The position numbers and the translations under genes were made by a program. From a virus (lineage: Duplodnaviria > Caudoviricetes): a DNA stretch of 64,000 bases. Of the stretch, positions 1 through 8,900 are shown piece by piece (the stretch's first letter is position 1; every line of letters starts with the position of its first letter). The stretch lies in the IMG/VR virus record IMGVR_UViG_3300033075_001536, positions 64,001 to 128,000 of that record. One strand, written 5' to 3'. Below the pieces are notes generated by a model that saw only the letters and a list, made by a program, of their open reading frames with translations, had not been told where the DNA came from and ran no database searches.

Positions 1-710
1 CCTAAAATTTTATCATAGGATATAACACCAACTTCTTCACCTTTCATAAATTTTTTAATATTAGAACAAATTCTTTTACCTAACCCATCTGCTATATTTA
101 ACTCTTTATCATTATCATCAAAAGCATAAATTTTGCTACTATCCACATTAAAAGTAAGTCCAAATCGAATATATGGATTAGATGTATTTACATATTTATC
201 TAGATAATTTGTATTTGGTGTCAGTAGTTTTTTACCAATCTTTTTAATCACTACCCATTGTTGATTTTTTCCAGGATTGTGGTTGGTATATTTATCAAAA
301 TAAGATTTGGTTTTTATACACCAAGAAGGAGATCCACAATTAAGAAGTCCTTCGTAAGTCATTACTCTAAAATAATCATAAACCCCATCCGTAAATTGAA
401 ATTTATACCCATTATCTGCTTGTACAGAGGTTTTGTCCATTAGATAATCAGATAATTGAATGTAGTCTAACTTTAATGCTTCACCAGCATTAATATTTAA
501 TTCGACCAAAGAATTATAAATAGATTGAAGCTCGTCTAATGGAACATTATCAACAAAATGTAATTTAGTTAGAAGTCCTAGGTATCCAGATTTGTCTTTA
601 GACATCTCTCTAATTTTAATAAAATCCTCATCCTTATCATATAGTCCTTTTTTTCTAAGAACAGAACGAGCATAATTTAGATTTTCAAATAAATGGAATT
701 TGGTGACCAT
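1..710 (-). CDS. Hypothetical protein, runs off the window edge; paralogue of the N-terminal part of 39077..41161; tag-like N-terminus
   Basis: Not in the ORF track. Manual translation from ATG at 710 gives MVTKFHLFENLNYARSVLRKKG...GYLGLLTKLHFVDNVPLDEL...GSPSWCIKT, open to the edge. Resembles FGYAYLFVYFHFVEKVPLEEI...SHCIK in the 694-aa protein. Confidence 0.8.
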   Translation of the reverse strand, partial: MVTKFHLFENLNYARSVLRKKGLYDKDEDFIKIREMSKDKSGYLGLLTKLHFVDNVPLDELQSIYNSLVELNINAGEALKLDYIQLSDYLMDKTSVQADNGYKFQFTDGVYDYFRVMTYEGLLNCGSPSWCIKTKSYFDKYTNHNPGKNQQWVVIKKIGKKLLTPNTNYLDKYVNTSNPYIRFGLTFNVDSSKIYAFDDNDKELNIADGLGKRICSNIKKFMKGEEVGVISYDKIL

Positions 711-740
711 TTATTATATATTAAAACTAATATATAAATT
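711..740. promoter_or_regulatory. Divergent pair of AATATATA motifs (putative late promoters)
   Basis: ttattatatattaaaactaatatataaatt between divergent starts at 710 and 741. Confidence 0.55.
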
Positions 741-1196
741 GTGAAATATTTAAAAAAGTTGAATGAAAGTAAAGATGGTGTCAATCCAATGAATTCTAAA
801 GATTTGGATGAAGAAATATTGTACATCTGTATGCCCTTAACAGATAGAGGATATAGTTTAGAAGCTCTTCACCAATCAGGATATGTGACTTACAATATTT
901 TTACACAAAATAGTTTTTTCTTTTATACGAATTATAAAAATGATCTTAAATCAATTGGAAATAAAACTAATAAAGAAAAATTCTTTGAAGACTTTCAATT
1001 ATATACAAAATACTTGAGTATCATAAGCGATGAGTTTCCAGAAGTATTTGATAGAATTTGCTCAATGAAAGGTATAAATGATTTTATGTTCATGGGATGT
1101 GGTATTCAATTTTCATTCAATTATAGTGGTGGGTATATAAAAAGAGCAAATCCGATTATGTTGGCAGGTGATGCTCCATCAAATTATAGAAGTTAA
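741..1196 (+). CDS. Tagged hypothetical protein, paralogous family
   Basis: Starts MKYLKKLNES; contains EEILYICMPLTDRGY...FDRI. Confidence 0.75.
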   Translation: MKYLKKLNESKDGVNPMNSKDLDEEILYICMPLTDRGYSLEALHQSGYVTYNIFTQNSFFFYTNYKNDLKSIGNKTNKEKFFEDFQLYTKYLSIISDEFPEVFDRICSMKGINDFMFMGCGIQFSFNYSGGYIKRANPIMLAGDAPSNYRS

Positions 1197-1198
1197 AT

Positions 1199-1603
1199 AT
1201 GAATAGTATATACCAACTTATGGAAGAAATAAAATCGATTTCGTATATTATAGAAGATGAAACATTTTCATTTTTTAAACATAAAATTCAATTAAAAATA
1301 TCAGTAGAGCTAGAAAAGGATAGCAATTATGATATTTTTAATATAGTTCTATACCCAGATTGGAGTGAGGAAATATCAAACCGTGGAACAAATTAATATA
1401 TTGTTAGGAAAAGATTTTTATCAAAAATATTAAAGAGTGATCAATTTAAAGAATACTTTGATAGAGTAAAAGAAATTTGTAAATCTGATGGATTTGAATC
1501 ATCAGGAACAAATAATGATGGATCCGAAATACTTATTGGATTTTGGAAAAACAAATCAAGTATAATTAAAGAGTATTACCAGTTTGTCCAAACATTTCTT
1601 TAG
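1199..1603 (+). pseudogene. Paralogous-family ORF interrupted by one in-frame TAA (1394-1396)
   Basis: The frame continues after TAA as YIVRKRFLSKILKSDQFKEYFDRVKEIC... to TAG at 1601-1603, completing the family motif. Confidence 0.55.
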
Positions 1604-2807
1604 CTCTTTCCATCCATCTTTGAGCTTGCTTTAATTGAGAAGTTTCTGACTTAACATATCTTTTGATCATAGTTAGTTTATCACGGCCATCCACCATTCC
1701 CATTACAAATGGGAATAAAGGATGTTTTCTATAATGTAGAGCAAAAGTTTTCCTATCACCATTGATTGGATACTCTGAATATTTTTTATAAAATTCATCT
1801 ATATCATGTGACATTTTATTCACATATCTGGAAACTAAATGTATAACTTGTTCTATTTCAGCAGATTTAGTTGGCTCATCTAACTGAGACATAATATCAT
1901 CAATTTCCTCATCTACAATTAATTTAATTAAAGTGTTTTCACGATTGATTTCAGTGGTAAACAAATGATGTCTATCAAAATACCATTTTGTCTTAACTTT
2001 GATCATCTTACCATTTTCAAATTGCACAATCCATCCTTCTTTTCCTTCTGTAATGTCTGCAGCAGTTACTAAATTATCTAGTACATGCTCTTTCTCAAAA
2101 TTACAAACAGACATAGAATCTAATTTATCCGAAAATTGATTGATATCTAAATACTTACCAGTTTTATTGTCTCTTATTCTAAGTAAAATAAGTTGTGTAT
2201 TTGCATAAGGAACCACAATTCTATTAGTTGGTGAAACATACTCAAAAATTGGAACAATGTCTCTATCAACACAGAATTTTATAAACTCTTGCACGGTCTT
2301 ATCCTCTCCATATATTCTCTGAATTTCAATTGCTTGATCGGATATAAAGGACATTTTAGACCTTCCAACAATCTTTCCATTTGGAAGTGGAATAAAGGAG
2401 GCAAGTGATCCATCTTCTTTATTCATAACATTTAAAACTTTATAATCCTTTACCACCGAATACATAGAATCCGGAGTTTGATTGAGATTAAAAAACTTAT
2501 CTAAAAGTAAATATCTTTTAAATAAAGATCCATCTTTATTAAACACAAAAGTCAGCCCCCTCATTTCAAATGCTTTTACATTTGGTTTTTCTGGAATTGG
2601 GTTAATAAATGAGTTAAAGGTAGCAAAACGATAGTTAAACATGGATATAGGATATCCATCTACTTCTGTTTTAACCTCATAAAAAACACCCTCATCATTG
2701 ACATTACACATCTCCACACACTCTTCATATGTTGGTAGATAGTATTCATGAGGAAATTCTTCCTTTGACTCTTTAATAAATTCCATATATTTAAATACTT
2801 TAATCAC
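1566..2807 (-). CDS. rnl1: T4 Rnl1-like RNA ligase with tag-like N-terminus
   Basis: FEMRGLTF, KFFNLN, motif I KEDGSL, FEYVSPTNRIVV, EGWIV, KVKTKWY are typical of Rnl1. Confidence 0.9.
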   Translation of the reverse strand: MIKVFKYMEFIKESKEEFPHEYYLPTYEECVEMCNVNDEGVFYEVKTEVDGYPISMFNYRFATFNSFINPIPEKPNVKAFEMRGLTFVFNKDGSLFKRYLLLDKFFNLNQTPDSMYSVVKDYKVLNVMNKEDGSLASFIPLPNGKIVGRSKMSFISDQAIEIQRIYGEDKTVQEFIKFCVDRDIVPIFEYVSPTNRIVVPYANTQLILLRIRDNKTGKYLDINQFSDKLDSMSVCNFEKEHVLDNLVTAADITEGKEGWIVQFENGKMIKVKTKWYFDRHHLFTTEINRENTLIKLIVDEEIDDIMSQLDEPTKSAEIEQVIHLVSRYVNKMSHDIDEFYKKYSEYPINGDRKTFALHYRKHPLFPFVMGMVDGRDKLTMIKRYVKSETSQLKQAQRWMERAKEMFGQTGNTL

Positions 2808-2811
2808 AAAG

Positions 2812-3225
2812 TTAATCTAATTTTTTGAAAGCAAATATTAATCTATCACTAATTAATATATCTATCATCTTTAATCCAATTTCTTCCATTCTACTGTCTA
2901 TTTCTTCTATAAGTTCTATGTGTTTAGGGTCCACATTTTTTTCAATAAGTTTTTCGTCCCCATTCTCTTTATGAATGTAAATTCCGAAATATAAATAGGT
3001 GTGGAAAAACCATTGAACATCTTTTCTAAGAAGTGTTGCTGGTGGGATTCTAAAGCTAACTTGCACTTGATCAATTTTTAAATTATCTTGATAGTTTCTT
3101 TTTTTACCAAATTCTATTTTAAAGTCATTATCATGAAATCCAAATTCATCTAAAAAGTCATTAAAAATGTTTCTAATTTCTTCTTGATCAATTGATTCCT
3201 TAGTAAATTCTATATACTTTTTCAT
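2812..3225 (-). CDS. Tagged hypothetical protein, paralogous family
   Basis: MKKYIEFTKES; EEIRNIFNDFLD...SRMEEIG. Confidence 0.8.
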   Translation of the reverse strand: MKKYIEFTKESIDQEEIRNIFNDFLDEFGFHDNDFKIEFGKKRNYQDNLKIDQVQVSFRIPPATLLRKDVQWFFHTYLYFGIYIHKENGDEKLIEKNVDPKHIELIEEIDSRMEEIGLKMIDILISDRLIFAFKKLD

Positions 3226-4658
3226 ATAATTTCATCTCTTATTTCCATCCAAAGCCAAACAAACCTTTCAAATCCCTCATCCATTTCCTCTCCTTCCATG
3301 CATCTTTCAATAGTTGTTTTTCTTCTATGATAGTCATCTACACTACCAGCAACAAATAGCACAAATTCTTTCATAATAATATCATAACAACCAATCCATA
3401 TATCTGAATCTTTTCCAACTTTATTTTTATACCAAATATCAAAAAATTGATTTCCTCGATGATTTATCCTAAAATCTGGATACTCCTTCATTAAAGATCT
3501 ACTAGTTTCAATATACTTAGAAAACTCACCTTTAATTTCTGACTCATCTACTATTTCCTCAATATAGCTATTAACATCATTTTCATCCTCACCCAACCTT
3601 TTGTATATTTTAATTGGATTTTTTATTTCTTTTTTGGATTCTTTAATCATAATATTATTTGAAAATAAGACAGAAATTGTCATAGAATCAAATTGCCAAT
3701 ATATGTGAACATTTTTTAGCTTAAATCCATCGTCTTCTAATCTCTCACAAGCAATCATAAATTCTTCATCAGATTTTAACTTTATTTCCGATTCTTCACA
3801 AACTTTTGGAAGCCTATCTAAATAGGAATAGTCCGTATTTTCCTCTCTTTTCTTATGTAGTTTCCAATTAAACATTTTAGAGAATTGTTCATGTGGAACT
3901 TCAAATTCAACTCTAAACTCACATTGACCATTAAGAATATCTAACCTTTTCTTTTTATCCTTTAGACTTTTATATCGATGTTTTTTAACATATTCCTTTC
4001 TAAGCTCAACAAGATCACCAGAAACCTCCATTTTTGAATTGTGTATATCATGTTTATCCAAAAAATCCGTAAATATATTTTTAACATCTTCAAGTGATGG
4101 AATAGATATTTTTGATTCCATGGTTGCTTGATATCCACCAAATTCTCCTCTTTCTTTATACCTTTTAGCTTGACTGTCCATTTTTGAGAATCTAAAAACT
4201 ATTTCGTTATAATTGAAATTATTAAAAATCTTAATATCTGGATATCTTAAATAGTATCCAAGATCTTCCACTCTTTCTGATATATCCAATATCAAGTCTG
4301 AAGCATCATCGATATATTTTTTATGAGCATATTTATTTATATCATCATTAGCTCTATGAAACCCATTGAAATCTACATCACCTTTAAAAACTTTAAATTT
4401 TATCACAACTAGAAAGTGTTTTCTTAACAATAGTTCATCAAATGCAAGTTCTTTTTTAGCATGGAATACATATTTATTTAAATGCTCAGCAGTAAAATTT
4501 TTAACCACCTCAAATCCTTCGTGTAAACTAAAATGATCTAAATAATCTGTAAAAATATTTAAAATATCTTCATCATCAATTGGATGATTATCATCTTGCC
4601 AATTTCCATCCACCCATTTTTCACCAATAAAATCTTTATATTTATTCAGAATTGCCAT
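3222..4658 (-). CDS. Tagged protein with two tandem copies of the paralogous domain plus a third module
   Basis: EDILNIFTDYLD..ERVEDLGY and EDVKNIFTDFLD..ERLEDDGF; linkers TMES and IKES. Confidence 0.8.
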   Translation of the reverse strand: MAILNKYKDFIGEKWVDGNWQDDNHPIDDEDILNIFTDYLDHFSLHEGFEVVKNFTAEHLNKYVFHAKKELAFDELLLRKHFLVVIKFKVFKGDVDFNGFHRANDDINKYAHKKYIDDASDLILDISERVEDLGYYLRYPDIKIFNNFNYNEIVFRFSKMDSQAKRYKERGEFGGYQATMESKISIPSLEDVKNIFTDFLDKHDIHNSKMEVSGDLVELRKEYVKKHRYKSLKDKKKRLDILNGQCEFRVEFEVPHEQFSKMFNWKLHKKREENTDYSYLDRLPKVCEESEIKLKSDEEFMIACERLEDDGFKLKNVHIYWQFDSMTISVLFSNNIMIKESKKEIKNPIKIYKRLGEDENDVNSYIEEIVDESEIKGEFSKYIETSRSLMKEYPDFRINHRGNQFFDIWYKNKVGKDSDIWIGCYDIIMKEFVLFVAGSVDDYHRRKTTIERCMEGEEMDEGFERFVWLWMEIRDEII

Positions 4659-5511
4659 TGGAACCTGGTCTTATTTTATAATATATCATAATTGCTAAAA
4701 TGAGTATATTTGTTCCATAGTTCATCATCATTGGTAGATCTAGTTTATCATAAACATATATCATAGCAAATAATTCACCAAATGCCCATAATAATAAAAA
4801 TGCCCATGACATTCCGTGTGAGTGTTTATCTTTATAGGAAGACCAGGCTTGTGGAATTCCACAAGATGCTAACAGGATAGAACCCAACCAACCCATTAAG
4901 GCAAATAAATCTTTTTTACTTAGGCCATTTGAAAGGTCCAAAATAGTTTCATCATTTAATTTTTCTATATTTTGATTTGGAATTTCATATCCATATTTTT
5001 CTTTCATATGAGACGTTAGGTTTCCGAAAAGCTCATTAAACCTAATAGAATCACCACCAGATTTAGCAACACTATCTATATTGGATAAAATTTTCGATAA
5101 AGTATCATCAGATTTTTTCATTGATTTTGAGTATTCCTCTGCTATTTCAGCTTGAAATTTCATTTTACGAACCCAAGCATCTAACTCTTTTTGTAGTTGA
5201 GTAGAATCCATTTTTTTGTACTTATCTGCTCTTCCAGGATCATTATACTCTTCGTTTGGAACTGCTTTATAATTTGATATATCATGATCATTGATATCAG
5301 ACATCGATTTTTGAAAATATCCATTTGGGTTAAGTGGGCTCATTGGGCTTAAAATATTTGTCACATTACTTGGATTGGAATAATCATATGGATTGGTGTA
5401 TTGCCCCTTTGAATCTGGCGAATTTAACAGAAGTGATCCAACTATTCCTAGCTTGGTCAATCCAGACTTAATTCCTTCATTATGTTCTTCATAGCTTTTT
5501 AGATATTTCAT
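4642..5511 (-). CDS. Tagged protein with C-terminal PQ-loop/SemiSWEET-like membrane domain
   Basis: MKYLKSYEE; GWLGSILLASCGIPQAWSSYKDKHSHGMSW followed by three hydrophobic helices. Confidence 0.75.
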   Translation of the reverse strand: MKYLKSYEEHNEGIKSGLTKLGIVGSLLLNSPDSKGQYTNPYDYSNPSNVTNILSPMSPLNPNGYFQKSMSDINDHDISNYKAVPNEEYNDPGRADKYKKMDSTQLQKELDAWVRKMKFQAEIAEEYSKSMKKSDDTLSKILSNIDSVAKSGGDSIRFNELFGNLTSHMKEKYGYEIPNQNIEKLNDETILDLSNGLSKKDLFALMGWLGSILLASCGIPQAWSSYKDKHSHGMSWAFLLLWAFGELFAMIYVYDKLDLPMMMNYGTNILILAIMIYYKIRPGSNGNSE

Positions 5512-5523
5512 ACCTATTATATA

Positions 5524-5946
5524 TTAAAAATAATGAATCAAAAAATACCCTATGTAAAAAATAAACGACCACAATACCAGAGATAAAGTCATCTTTTTAA
5601 TAATTTCCCACTTATGTGTGGTTAGAGTTAGAGCAATTAAAATAGCTACGGGAAAAGATATGATTGGACTAGCTAAAGCAACTCCCCAAACACCAAATTT
5701 TTCTTTAACATGTACAATAAATCTAGACTTTTTTGAAAATTTCTTCCTTGGGAAAATTCTTAAAAAAAATTTTTCTATAGCTACTCCAACAAATGTAAAT
5801 AAAACTATACCCACAATTCCTCCAAGAATATTAGACATTACCACATGCCAAGATCCTTTTGTGGCAATTACCACAAACATGATGTAAGAAAATTTAAAAA
5901 CAGATGCCAGAAAAACCAGTAAATCTGAAATTATTTTTGTTAACAC
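5524..5946 (-). CDS. Membrane protein
   Basis: Four hydrophobic segments; KFGVWGVALASP. Confidence 0.7.
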   Translation of the reverse strand: MLTKIISDLLVFLASVFKFSYIMFVVIATKGSWHVVMSNILGGIVGIVLFTFVGVAIEKFFLRIFPRKKFSKKSRFIVHVKEKFGVWGVALASPIISFPVAILIALTLTTHKWEIIKKMTLSLVLWSFIFYIGYFLIHYF

Positions 5947-8900
5947 TTATTGAAAAGATGAATTTTCTACAACTCCATTATACCAAATACCACCATTGAA
6001 ATGTGAATTGTCAAGAATTCCATTGGTCCAAATACCAGAATCAAATATTGCGTTCGTCCATTTACTAACCACTCTAAGTCCAGTATTTGTATTGCTTATA
6101 TTAATACCTAATGGAAAAGGTGTAAAAGATTCATAACTTAATTTAACATCTATAACAATGTGTGTGTTCTCACCTTCTTCTAAGACAAACAAAGCTTTGC
6201 ATCTCCTTGGACTGTCATTACTTCCAAGAGGAGAGTATGAATTATTAACTTCATTATCTATGATCCAAAATTCATCACCCACATTAAATTTAAATATTCC
6301 GTTTAGTGTGATATAATTTGAAAAAGTATTTCCATATAAACTAGAAGTTGCTGAATTTATACCAATAAGTTGGATATCTTCTAGAATTCCTCCTCTCCAT
6401 TCACCTCCTTTAAAGTCAATGTTATAAGCAATTCCTCCCCAGAAATCTCCACTTCCCCAGAATCCAGTTCTCCAAATGGAATATTTATGAATATCCGAAA
6501 CAATTGGAAATCCATTTTCATCTAAATTAAGTTGTGAATGGAATTGACCATTTAACCATTTACCACCATGCCATGTAGATGTTCTGGAGTTATATGATTT
6601 GGTTCCAAATCTAGAAATCTTTCCATATTTTTGATCAAATAGCCCATCATACCACATACCATTTTCAAAATCTCCACCATACCATTTACCATCTAACCAA
6701 TAAGAAGGTGTGTTGTCTGTATTAAATAAACCATCTTTCCATGTTCCATTTACCCAAATACCACCAGAAAATTCACCATCTTCCCATGTTCCGTTATTCC
6801 AAATACCATTATACCAAATACCATTTGACCATGTTCCACCATATGATCTTCCATAGTACCATGTACCGTCTTTCCATTCTCCATCAAACCAACGACCATC
6901 ATACCATTTTGAGAAAGAAGAATCACTTGGTGTAGCAACACTTTGTTGTATAATCATTGGATTGACTATATTCAAAGATTTGGATTCCCATGTTCCTCTA
7001 TACCAATCACCACCTAACCATGTTCCGCTTAACCAATGTCCACCAAACCAACGACCACAGTTCCATATTCCTTTATACCATTGAATATTTTTATTAGAAT
7101 CTAGTCCAATAATAGCATCTTTTATTTCAGCATCTAATATCCAAGGATACTTATTAGTGATATCAGCAAATGTTAGTCCATCTGTTAATTGATAGCAATA
7201 CTTACTCATATCAACATCAATTAAATTATATTTAGATCCATCCAATTCATAATTTTCTGGATCTATTTTAACAGATTGTTTTGCAGTTGATGGTCCTTGT
7301 CCGATATCAAAAATATTGATTGGTTGGAAATTTAAAAATGGATCTTTTTGTATGAATGTTACAGAACCATAATCAGTCACAGTAGCTGGTAATCCGTACG
7401 GAATTTTTATATAAAAATCTTGTGTATTAATAGGATACGCTACATGATATCCCATATATTGTTGATTTAGTTCCTCGGAAGATCCAGGTCCGCCAGTCAT
7501 GCTAATGACCACACCATCTCCAGTTCCGATATGATGACTGTTTGAACAGTTAAATAGAACCCATGTATTTGAACCATCTATATAGAAGTTAGTATTTGTA
7601 ATAGGTGTGATATATTCAATTTCTAATTTAGTAATATCAAGAGCAAGTTCATTTTTGTAATCCACATATACTAAACCAGAAAGATCTTTAACAAATTGAT
7701 CGTCCGATAAAAATGCCTTAGCATATGAGTCAGTTGGTATTTTGAAATTAATATCTGTTTCATAATTTGTGTATGAATATAAACTTTCTATACTCTTAAC
7801 TTGATCTTTATTTCTATGAAGAGTATTTAAATATTGTAAGTCATCAGAAATTTCTTGCAGTGTTCTTCTGGTTCTAATTTGGACTTGGTTAGCATACAAA
7901 GGTATATCCAACATTTTGTGGAATTCAATGACATACCAATCATAAGTCGAATCATAATATTTATCCATCACTAATAATTTTTCAGTAGTGTGTATAGATA
8001 AATCTGTTGCTTCGATAGAAACATCCACAAATGTCCATTTTAAGATGGATGTCCATTGGTCCTTTAGATTTTTACCAAAGAATAATTTATTTGCCCATTT
8101 TGGATTAGCTGATGCGAATTCAGTATAAATATTAGAATCAGTTGCTCCTGTAAATGATCCGTAGTAGGTTCCAGGCATTGGTCCGTAAACTGGTAGTGAT
8201 GAAAGTTCCCTGGTTGGAAAATAATTATTATAATTTAAACTTGATAAATAATCCAATAAATTATAAGTTGGGTTATATCCAAATTGGAAAAAACTAAATG
8301 AATATCTCATCTCAAAATTATTCGAACCAATTTCGATTCCAGTTTGTAGATTATAATAACTACTAAAATTAGTAAATCTAGGAGAAATGGTTATCTGACC
8401 ATCTCTTGAGAAATATAAATTTTGAATTTTATTAGATGGTGATTGTAACTCCAATAATAGATTATTTTGATCAATAAATGAATAGGTATATGTGCTTACT
8501 GGATAAGTATCTGTATATGGGGCATTTTGTATAGTTAATGTATTTGTTCCATAAGATATTGTCTCTGTTCCAGATGAGGGTGTCAATAAGCTTATATTAA
8601 CATCATTTTGTGTAAATGACCAAGTACCACCAATAAATATTCCATTTGAATTGAGTAATGAAAAAGTAGTCTCGCAATTATATGGAACCGGAACAACAGT
8701 GTATGGAAACAATGGTGTTATTATAAAATCATAACATATTCTATTTAAATTCCATACACCTCCCCACTGATTTGTCCATACATTACTATCATTTATACCA
8801 TAATCAATAGTTGCTTTATAAGCATGATGTGCTGGATGTAGATTGAATTTATCAACAAATTCCTGGTATCCGTTATTTGAATATTTGTTCAAATTACTTA

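Noticed and set aside
6400-7100. DNA tandem repeat or DGR-like region (recurrent ACCA/TACCA)
   Set aside because: Explained by Trp/Gly codons of the protein repeat; no reverse transcriptase or template/variable repeat pair
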